A stretch of 32,000 nucleotides of DNA from Corynebacterium glutamicum ATCC 13032 (lineage in GTDB: Bacteria; Actinomycetota; Actinomycetes; Mycobacteriales; Mycobacteriaceae): positions 1,530,001-1,562,000 of the forward strand of contig NC_003450.3 of assembly GCF_000011325.1 (NCBI RefSeq), given 5' to 3'. Every line of letters starts with the position of its first letter. Position 1 is the first letter of the stretch. The notes under the pieces were generated by a model that saw nothing but the letters and a program-made list of their open reading frames with translations, had not been told where the DNA came from and ran no database searches. The translations under genes and the position numbers were made by a program. Positions 8,960-16,306 of the stretch are shown piece by piece.

Positions 8960-9664
8960 TTAAGAAGATGAGACCCGGGAAGAAACCCAGGCAAGGAGAG
9001 GGAGATCAGCGATAGAATCTCCACGCATGGAGACCTTCGCTTCAGAAATGGTTGCTGTAGCTCCAACCAGAGCCGTATCTGCACCTAACTGCGCTGCAGG
9101 ACTCAGATCGAATTCATAAATATCGCCCACCGCAAGCACCGGACCATCAAGCTGCAAATCAGAAATGATCGAAATCAACCCTGCAGGCTTACCCACCACA
9201 AAATGCAACTGATCAAACAAATCAGCAACACCCCACTGACGCAGCAAATCATGCACGCCATTTTCCGGGGCATTGGTAGCTAAAACCAACCGAGCATGAC
9301 CTTTCAACGAGGACAAAATATCCTTAATACCCCGCACATGCTCAACAGGCGCTAAATCCGAACCAAGCAACTTCCGGCTCTCGCCATAAGCGACAGACAT
9401 CGTGCCATCATCAATCCCCAATTCCGACGCCAACTTAGCCACAATGTCATACCCATCACGGTAAATACTCTGACCATCGTCATAGCGCCGAAGCTCCCTG
9501 CGCACACGCTCCAGAAAGTCCTTGGAACCCTCCGGTGCAACACACAATGCATACGCAAGGACAGGGCCATGGCCAATGGCAAGCGTGCCATCGAAATCAA
9601 AAACAATACTGGGTGTCACAAAAAGATCCTTGAATCGGGAAGAAATGGACGATGCGTTCATCAT
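8960..9664 (-). CDS. HAD-superfamily hydrolase (probable phosphatase), immediately upstream of and co-oriented with pctA
   Basis: HAD motif I is FDFDGTL, motif II is LATNA. Motifs III/IV are GKP ... VGDIYEFD. Confidence 0.75.
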   Translation of the reverse strand: MMNASSISSRFKDLFVTPSIVFDFDGTLAIGHGPVLAYALCVAPEGSKDFLERVRRELRRYDDGQSIYRDGYDIVAKLASELGIDDGTMSVAYGESRKLLGSDLAPVEHVRGIKDILSSLKGHARLVLATNAPENGVHDLLRQWGVADLFDQLHFVVGKPAGLISIISDLQLDGPVLAVGDIYEFDLSPAAQLGADTALVGATATISEAKVSMRGDSIADLPLLAWVSSRVSSS

Positions 9665-9755
9665 AAAAGTTATTCATGAACACAACGTCCAACCTTGAGT
9701 GAACGATCAATGACACCTACATGAACACTTGCCCCCAGCCCAACCCCACAGCTGC

Positions 9756-9803
9756 AAAAGCGCGCCGGGCCATCTCCTAATTGACAGAGATGGCCCGGCG
9801 CGC
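9756..9803 (-). terminator. Intrinsic terminator downstream of thiED
   Basis: A perfect 17-bp stem GCGCGCCGGGCCATCTC (9760-9776) / GAGATGGCCCGGCGCGC (9787-9803) is followed on the minus strand by TTTTG. Confidence 0.85.
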
Positions 9804-9816
9804 AGTGAGATCAGGT

Positions 9817-12108
9817 TTAGCTAGATCCAACCATTGTCCAACCATGGCGAGTTGCCTGATCAAAGAACTCGCGTTCATGAACAGAGGCGCTCAAGAATGC
9901 TCGAGCAGCATCGACGCGTTGTTCAGCACCCGCATTTTCTAGAGCCTTTTCTAGACGTGCGATAGCCGCACGGGTTCCAGCGATGAATTCTTCACCGGAG
10001 TAAGTGTTGAGCCAGTCCTTGTAGGGGTGCTCGTCGTGGTTTTGTTCAGCCAGCATCAATCCGATCTCTGCGTAGAGCCAGTAGCACGGCAGTACGGCCG
10101 CCACACCGCAGACGTAGTCCTCAGTGTAGGTGCGTGCGATGAGGAAGTCGGTATAGGCCATCGTGATGTGTGATGGTGCGGAGACTTCTTTCCCTGCCAT
10201 ATAAGAGCGGTGCAGTTCGGCTTCCACGACCAGGCATTCTGCAGCGCTTTGAGCCCATTCGATTTGTGCGTGTGAATCAGGTGCGATCGAAGAGAGTCGT
10301 GCCAATGCTCGGGAATATTGGGCGAGGTATTGGGCGTCTTGGTCGATGTAGAAATCGAACTCTGGGCGCCGGAGGGTGCCGTCGCCAAGCATGGTGATGA
10401 AGTCAGAACTGTTGATGCCCGCGATGATATCGCCACTTGCCTCCCACAGCGCGCGCGTGAAAGGCCCGGCAGGTTCGATGCGTGGAGCTGGGCTTTTTAC
10501 CGTGGAGGGTGTGGTGAAACTTGCCGCGGTGGCGCCGTCTAGGCGCGGAGCCCGAAGGTGTGCCCAGGGAGTGGTTTCCGCCGCGTGGGTCATGCGTCGT
10601 GCCAGGTGACCGTGGTCGACAGGGCCGTTTCCAGTACCTACAGCCAAGTGATCGGCGTGGCGGAGCGCCTCGTTGAGCCAACGCGTGGACCACTCGAGGG
10701 CTTTTTCCACGCTTTCGCCGGCGGCGATCTTGGTGGCAAGTGACGCAGAGAGCGAACAGCCTGTGCCATGGGAGTTGGTGGTGTTGACACGCAGGTTTTC
10801 CACCTGGAACACCGAGCCGTCGGGGCGCACGACAGCGTTATCAGCAAGCGCGCCAGTCAGATGTCCACCCTTGACAATGACGATGGTGTCATGAGTCCGC
10901 GCAAATCCCTGAGCCTGAGCAATGGCCTCATCCATGGTGATGGCAGGAGCACTGTCGCACAACACGGCAAGTTCGGGGATATTCGGGGTGACCACATCGA
11001 CGTGCACGGCCAGGCGGCGCAGCGATTCTTCAGCGCTCGCATCCAGTAGGCGATCACCGCTGGTGGCGATCATGACGGGATCAAGCACCACGGGACCGTG
11101 CTCGTGGGAACCAAGCCATGAAGCCACCAGATCGACGGTGTCGGCAGAGCCCAACATGCCGAGCTTGATGGCATCGACGGTGACATCGGAAAAGACCGCT
11201 TCCAGCTGTTCTTCCAAAAAGGTCAAGGGTGGGGTGTGGATCGTGTTGACGCCGTGGGTGTTTTGCGCGACCAGCGAGGTCACAACGCACATGCCGTAGC
11301 CGCCACCTGCTGCAATGGACTTCAGATCAGCCTGAATACCTGCACCACCTGTGGGATCAGTGCCTGCAATAGACAACACACGTGGGGCAGAAGGCGAATT
11401 CACGAAGGCTCCTTGGAGTTCTGTTTGAGAGAGTTCAGTTTGAGTTTCAGGCGAGAAAGTAGGTTGAAAAGCAGTCCGCAGGCGAGTTGCCGCAGCTGCT
11501 GGATTGGCGGCGGTCATGATTTCAGAGACCACGCACAGACCGTCGATGGGCGTAGCAGCGAGTTCGGCCGCGTTGCGTAGACCAACGCCTCCAATAGCTA
11601 CTGATGCGATGCCGTGGTCTTGAGCTACAGCGGCGATCTCAGCGATGCCCTCCACACCCAATGCGGGTGCCGCATCTGGTTTGGTCGCAGTAGAGGCCAC
11701 CGGACCAATGCCAATCACATCGGGCAATGCCACACCAGTCTCGGCGCACTGCGCGATCACAGCATGCAATTGATCCAGGTTTTCAATGCTCAAACCCAAT
11801 TCAAGATGAGCTGGAAGCAGCTCCCGTGCTTGCGTATAAGGTGTATCGCCTTGACCAATGTGCAGGTGAAGACCCAGCTCAACGGCGATATCTAAGTAAT
11901 CGTTGACAACAAGCGCCACCCCGCGAGCATCGCAGAGTTCTTTCAGCTCCTTTGCTGCCGCACGAACATCTTCCACGCCTGAGTTCTTATCGCGCAGCTG
12001 CACCACAGAAACTCCGCCGGAAATTGCGCTGTCAACAATTCCAGCTACTTTTTCTGGCCCGCCACCCAAAACGGGATCGGTGACCAGATACAAAGAAAAA
12101 TCAGTCAC
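9817..12108 (-). CDS. thiED: Trifunctional thiamine protein: ThiE (thiamine-phosphate synthase) + ThiD (HMP/HMP-P kinase) + C-terminal TenA (thiaminase II/salvage) domain
   Basis: The 826-aa track ORF runs back into thiM. A GTG at 12108, 7 nt after the thiM stop, gives 763 aa starting VTDFSLYLVTDP (ThiE, VQLRDK). The ThiD block is VLSIAGTDPTGGAGIQADLK. The TenA block is FTRALWEASGDII...FYIDQDAQYL...CYWLYAEIG. Confidence 0.9.
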   Translation of the reverse strand: MTDFSLYLVTDPVLGGGPEKVAGIVDSAISGGVSVVQLRDKNSGVEDVRAAAKELKELCDARGVALVVNDYLDIAVELGLHLHIGQGDTPYTQARELLPAHLELGLSIENLDQLHAVIAQCAETGVALPDVIGIGPVASTATKPDAAPALGVEGIAEIAAVAQDHGIASVAIGGVGLRNAAELAATPIDGLCVVSEIMTAANPAAAATRLRTAFQPTFSPETQTELSQTELQGAFVNSPSAPRVLSIAGTDPTGGAGIQADLKSIAAGGGYGMCVVTSLVAQNTHGVNTIHTPPLTFLEEQLEAVFSDVTVDAIKLGMLGSADTVDLVASWLGSHEHGPVVLDPVMIATSGDRLLDASAEESLRRLAVHVDVVTPNIPELAVLCDSAPAITMDEAIAQAQGFARTHDTIVIVKGGHLTGALADNAVVRPDGSVFQVENLRVNTTNSHGTGCSLSASLATKIAAGESVEKALEWSTRWLNEALRHADHLAVGTGNGPVDHGHLARRMTHAAETTPWAHLRAPRLDGATAASFTTPSTVKSPAPRIEPAGPFTRALWEASGDIIAGINSSDFITMLGDGTLRRPEFDFYIDQDAQYLAQYSRALARLSSIAPDSHAQIEWAQSAAECLVVEAELHRSYMAGKEVSAPSHITMAYTDFLIARTYTEDYVCGVAAVLPCYWLYAEIGLMLAEQNHDEHPYKDWLNTYSGEEFIAGTRAAIARLEKALENAGAEQRVDAARAFLSASVHEREFFDQATRHGWTMVGSS

Positions 12109-12115
12109 GTACTTT

Positions 12116-12922
12116 TCAGGCCTCTCGCACATCAACCAACGAGGCCACAGCCTGGGCATCCACGTCATAAAGCGCATCAATAAACGCCACCGCAAAGCTG
12201 CCTGGCGCCGATGCCTTCTGTGCTGCAATCTGGCCAGCAGCACCCACATGGGCATGCGCAGCCAACACAGCATCGTGCGCGGAAATATCTGAGTCAACCG
12301 TGGCGCCTAGATATGCAGCTGTCAGCGCGCCCAAAGAGCATCCAGTGCCAATCACCAGCTGCAACATCGGATCCCCCGAACGCAACCACGTCACCCGATC
12401 CGCAGACACAATCAAGTCCTCCGCACCAGAGACAGCCACGACGCCACCAGTGCGCTTGGCCAACAATTGCGCCGCCTCCAACGCCACTTCCACGGAATCG
12501 GTCGCGTCTACGCCGCGCCCACCGGCACCGAGCCCCGCAAGCGCCACGACCTCTGAGGCGTTTCCACGAATTGCGGCAGGCTGCTTATCGACGATTCCCT
12601 CCGCATACTTGGTCCTCTCCGACAACCCACCCACAGCAACTGGGTCTAACACCCATGGTGTGCCAGCTTTTCGTGCACCCTCAATGGCCTTGGTCATGCC
12701 TTGGTATTGCTCCGCAGAAGGAGTTCCCGCATTGATGAGCACTCCATTGGCCACAGCGGCGAATTCTGCCGATTCAGCTGGAGTATCCACCATCGCAGGG
12801 GTCGCACCCGCGGCAAGCAACACATTGGCCGTGAATTGCATGACCACAGAGTTGGTCAAACACTGAACAAGGGGAGTGTTTTGTCGAACAAGAGTTAAAG
12901 AATCCAAAAACGAGTTAGCCAC
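12116..12922 (-). CDS. thiM: Hydroxyethylthiazole kinase
   Basis: 268 aa with a GTG start. The ThiM pattern is [28 protein letters not shown] ... [15 protein letters not shown]. Confidence 0.92.
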
Positions 12923-12929
12923 GTTAAGG

Positions 12930-13020
12930 CCATCCCTTCGCTAGTACGAGCTAGAGCAGGTTCAACGGGTGTTTTCTCAGCCTCCGGAATTTTTCCATCC
13001 GGTTGGCACCCCGTGCCTAG
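12930..13020 (-). promoter_or_regulatory. TPP (THI-box) riboswitch in the thiM-thiED leader
   Basis: The minus strand reads CTAGGCACGGGGTGCCAACCGGATGGAAAAATTCCGGAGGCTGAGAAAACACCCGTTGAACCTGCTCTAGCTCGTACTAGCGAAGGGATGG. It contains the conserved GGGGUGC, CUGAGA, ACCC..AACCUG and GCGAAGGGA elements and ends about 7 nt before the thiM GTG. Confidence 0.9.
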
Positions 13021-13085
13021 TATTCAGCCTAGCAAAGCGGAATTCACCTGCCGTACATCACACGTCCAAGAATGCGGGCAGAATC

Positions 13086-13128
13086 AAAAAAGCGTGACTC
13101 CCGAGAATGTGGGGAGTCACGCTTTTTA
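13086..13128 (-). terminator. Intrinsic terminator downstream of ndh (symmetric A-run/T-run)
   Basis: A 12-bp stem AGCGTGACTCCC (13091-13102) / GGGAGTCACGCT (13112-13123) is flanked by AAAAA and TTTTT. Confidence 0.9.
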
Positions 13129-13150
13129 ACTACGCAGCGTCGTAAGAAAA

Positions 13151-14554
13151 TTACTTTCCGCTGAAACGCTGGTTGTCGCGCAGCTCGATTGGAAGATCAG
13201 AAGATGCTTCCTCAAGCTCGTGAGCGAACTTGGACAGCGTGGTGCGTGAGTGGAGCTGCTGGCGGGTGGTTGCCAGGTTCCAACGCTTGCGGGACAGTGC
13301 GTTCAGGCCCCAGCTGATTGCGGAGACGAAACGGTTGCGGAAGCCAACCAGGAACATGATGTGAACAGCCAACCACAGAACCCAACCGATGAAGCCGGTG
13401 ACCTCAACCTTGCCCATCTTCACCACTGCGGAGAAGCGGGAAATGGTAGCCATGGAGCCCTTGTCGAAGTAATCGAAAGCTTCGCGCTCGGTGTTGGAGC
13501 GGCCTTCAACCTCAGCTTCGATCTGCTCAGCAACGTACTCACCACTCTGGATTGCTACCTGAGCAACACCAGGGAGGTTGTTGTAGTTCATCATGTCGCC
13601 AACAACGAAGACGTTCTTCTGATCGCCAACAGACAGGTCATCGTTAACCATGACGCGGCCTGCGCGGTCGGTCTCAACACCGGTCTGCTCTGCGACGAGC
13701 TTGCCCAGTGGGGATGCCGCAACACCAGCGGACCAAATCTTGCAGAAAGATTCGATGGTGTGCTCTTCGCCGTCCTTGGTCTTGTAGGTGACCGAGGTAG
13801 CGTCAACGTTGGTGACCATAGCGTTCAGGCGAACGTTGACACCCATCTTTTCCAGGGTGCGCTGTGCGTTGCGGCCTAGGCGCTTACCGAATGGAGGAAG
13901 AACCTGTGGAGCACCATCAAGCAGGATGATCTTTGCGGAGTTGGTGTTGAAGTTCTTGTACTCACCAGCAAGGGTGCGGTGAGCCATCTCAGCCAACTGG
14001 CCAGCAAGCTCAACACCGGTTGGGCCAGCGCCAACAACGACGAAGGTGAGCAGGCGTTCGCGCTCAGCTGGATCCTCGCAGATCTCAGCGCGCTCGAAAG
14101 CACCGATGATGCGTGCACGAATCTCCAGTGCATCGTCGATGGACTTCATGCCAGGTGCGAACTCAGCGAAGTGATCATTGCCGAAGTAGGACTGACCTGC
14201 GCCAGCACCAACGACCAAGGAATCGTACTCAAAAACGCGGGTGAACTCGCCCAGGGAGGCGGTCACAGTCTGGGACTCGACGTTGATGTCGGTGACTTCG
14301 CCCTTGATGACGTTGACGTTTTCCTGGGAGCCCAGGATCTGTCGAGTGGAAGGTGCGATTTCACCGGAGGAGAGGATACCGGTTGCCACTTGGTACAGCA
14401 GTGGCTGGAAGAGGTGGTGGTTGGTGCGGTCAATCAGAGTGACATCGACGTCTGCCTTGGCCAGGTTCTTGGCAGCAAAAAGGCCACCAAAACCAGAACC
14501 GATGACGACGACGTGGTGACGGCCGCCTTCGGGGCGGGTTGGGTTAACTGACAT
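13151..14554 (-). CDS. ndh: Type II NADH dehydrogenase (NDH-2)
   Basis: The track ORF (503 aa) has a 36-aa non-protein-like leader. The ATG at 14554 is preceded by AGGAGA and gives 467 aa starting MSVNPTRPEGGRHHVVVIGSGFGGLFAAK. A second dinucleotide fold is FVVVGAGPTGVELAG. Confidence 0.93.
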   Translation of the reverse strand: MSVNPTRPEGGRHHVVVIGSGFGGLFAAKNLAKADVDVTLIDRTNHHLFQPLLYQVATGILSSGEIAPSTRQILGSQENVNVIKGEVTDINVESQTVTASLGEFTRVFEYDSLVVGAGAGQSYFGNDHFAEFAPGMKSIDDALEIRARIIGAFERAEICEDPAERERLLTFVVVGAGPTGVELAGQLAEMAHRTLAGEYKNFNTNSAKIILLDGAPQVLPPFGKRLGRNAQRTLEKMGVNVRLNAMVTNVDATSVTYKTKDGEEHTIESFCKIWSAGVAASPLGKLVAEQTGVETDRAGRVMVNDDLSVGDQKNVFVVGDMMNYNNLPGVAQVAIQSGEYVAEQIEAEVEGRSNTEREAFDYFDKGSMATISRFSAVVKMGKVEVTGFIGWVLWLAVHIMFLVGFRNRFVSAISWGLNALSRKRWNLATTRQQLHSRTTLSKFAHELEEASSDLPIELRDNQRFSGK

Positions 14555-14975
14555 ATTTGTCAAAGTCTCCTGATCGTGGATCTTAAAGCTTGTGCGGTCT
14601 GCCGTGTTACGCGTGCAGCCGTTTAAGCGTTGTCGTGTTGAGCACGTGTACGCGTTAAACAATAGTACTTCCTACGGAAACAAACAGGATCGGGTCATGC
14701 TTTTCTGTCCGTTCGGAGAAAATCTTGCGAAATTCGCGCCCACTTTGAATAAGTATGCACGTTGGTATGGCATATGTCACGTCAAATGTCAGAACTTTTT
14801 ATCCGTGCTGGATTAAAGGCGAAATATCGCCGGATTAAACCCACTTCGACGCGCCTTCACTCCCGAATCGTCATGCGCACGTACACTACTTTTAGCAGTT
14901 AACCCGCCGAACTTTCTTGATTAAGTATTCATTGAGCGTTCTTGGCATAAATCCCACTGGAGGTGCATCAAACGT

Positions 14976-16292
14976 ATGGCAGAGGCACGTTTGCGCCATC
15001 TTGAACCCATTGATGTGGAAGAGTGGCCTGGGGTGGCGTCAGTGCCCAACCTAGCGTTTGCTGGTGCACGCGCACGGCAAGCAGAATATCGATTTGCCAA
15101 GGCCTGCAGCAACGCAGGTTTAGTTCTGCTAGGAAATGACCCGGATCTCATTATTGATCATGAGGAATTATTCTCACGTTTGGCCGCATCGGGCTGGCTG
15201 GGGCTCGCTGAGAGCTACATGGCAGGCGAGTGGCGCAGCGAGAGGCTTGCCGACGTCTTGACCGCTTTGTTGGGAACTGGGTTTAAACCCCGCGGCAAAC
15301 TATCTGGATCGTTCACCCTGCCAGGGCAAGCTGTGGATGCCGGAGGCGCACTACCCAATGAACTCATTCGTTTAAGTTCAGGTGATGGCATGAGCGCATT
15401 TGGTGGAGTTTTTGCCTCCGGTGTTCCAACCACTTTACGTACCGCAGTGAAAAGCCATGTGCCGGGAGCTGGTCGCAATAGGGAGCCCGCATCTCACTTT
15501 GTGGATATCACCAAGATCTCGGAGCCTGTGGCCGTGGAGCGTGAAGACCTCGGCGAGGCTCAGCGCCGAGCAGCGTCCTTTTTGCTTGACGGCGCCAAAG
15601 TTAAAGCCGGAAGCCATGTGTTGGAGTTTCCCAGCAGTGGTGGAGCTTTAGCTATTTTGGCTGCTCGACGCCAGGGAACTGTTGACGCTTTAACGGCTGA
15701 TCCCGCGCAAGTTTCAAGCCTGGAGGAGACGTTTGTGCTCGCCGGTGTGGAGGAGGATATTCACATCGAGGTCATTCCCCAGGCGATTCCCTCGCCACGC
15801 GAATGGGGTGGCGCCTACGATTCGATAGTCGCCATGGAGAAGCTAGAAGTGGTGGGCAAGCACGGTTCCAAGCGGTTTATTAAAGCTATCGACAGAATGC
15901 TCACCACCGGCGGCAACGTAGCCATGCAATCCTTGGTAGCTACTGACCAATGGAGTCCTGTGTGTTCTGAAGCGATTTCTTTGCTCAAGGCCTATATTTG
16001 GCCTGCGCTGCATTACCCAACTGTTGATGAAGTTCATCAGCTTGTTGATAGGGATTCTTCTCTGCGCGTGGTGAAGGAAACACACTTTGCGGGCCATTAC
16101 CTAAAAAGCGTGCAGTTGCAACGTGAAGTGTTTGAAGGCCAGATACGCGAAGCGGCGGCAGATGGCTTTGATGCCGTCTACCGCCGCATGTGGGTGTATC
16201 ACTACGCGCTTATTGAAGCCCTGTTACGCCTGGGATGTCTCAATGCAGTGCAATTTGCGTTGACGACAAGAAACAGAAGGGGGCGTCGATAA
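14976..16292 (+). CDS. ufaA: Cyclopropane-fatty-acyl-phospholipid synthase (CFA/mycolic acid methyltransferase) family protein with atypical SAM motif I
   Basis: 438 aa with GGAGG upstream of the ATG. The CFA-synthase-like core is YDSIVAMEKLEVVGKHGSKRFIKAIDRMLTTGGNVAMQSL. Motif I reads VLEFPSSGG instead of VLDxGCGWG. The TAA stop lies inside repeat copy B. Confidence 0.75.
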   Translation: MAEARLRHLEPIDVEEWPGVASVPNLAFAGARARQAEYRFAKACSNAGLVLLGNDPDLIIDHEELFSRLAASGWLGLAESYMAGEWRSERLADVLTALLGTGFKPRGKLSGSFTLPGQAVDAGGALPNELIRLSSGDGMSAFGGVFASGVPTTLRTAVKSHVPGAGRNREPASHFVDITKISEPVAVEREDLGEAQRRAASFLLDGAKVKAGSHVLEFPSSGGALAILAARRQGTVDALTADPAQVSSLEETFVLAGVEEDIHIEVIPQAIPSPREWGGAYDSIVAMEKLEVVGKHGSKRFIKAIDRMLTTGGNVAMQSLVATDQWSPVCSEAISLLKAYIWPALHYPTVDEVHQLVDRDSSLRVVKETHFAGHYLKSVQLQREVFEGQIREAAADGFDAVYRRMWVYHYALIEALLRLGCLNAVQFALTTRNRRGRR

Positions 16293-16306
16293 GCAAAAAT
16301 CTTTTA
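16281..16306 (-). repeat. Copy B of the stop-codon-anchored 26-nt repeat (minus orientation)
   Basis: The reverse complement of 16281-16306 is TAAAAGATTTTTGCTTATCGACGCCC, identical to 221-246. Its leading TAA (16306-16304) is the stop of the MFS gene. The internal TTA (plus-strand TAA, 16290-16292) is the stop of ufaA. Confidence 0.85.

Noticed and set aside
12109-12297. N-terminal 63 codons of the 826-aa ORF (start at 12297) overlapping thiM
   Set aside because: The extension ([31 protein letters not shown]...) is Arg/Trp-rich junk overlapping about 180 nt of thiM. ThiE homology begins exactly at the GTG at 12108, 7 nt after the thiM stop.
12592-12613. Possible fourth partial copy of the stop-anchored repeat inside thiM (TGCTTATCGACG...CCTCCG)
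   Set aside because: It is a 12-nt exact match plus a short downstream match, but it lies inside conserved thiM coding sequence (antisense, encoding ..EGIVDKQ..). It lacks the TAAAAGATTTT part and is not at a gene end. By my rough estimate, a single 12-mer hit of this kind in about 64 kb of two-strand sequence is plausible by chance.
14555-14662. 36-codon N-terminal extension of the ndh ORF
   Set aside because: There is no homology-like sequence in the extension. The ATG at 14554 has an AGGAGA RBS and yields the canonical NDH-2 N-terminus directly before the GxGxxG fold.
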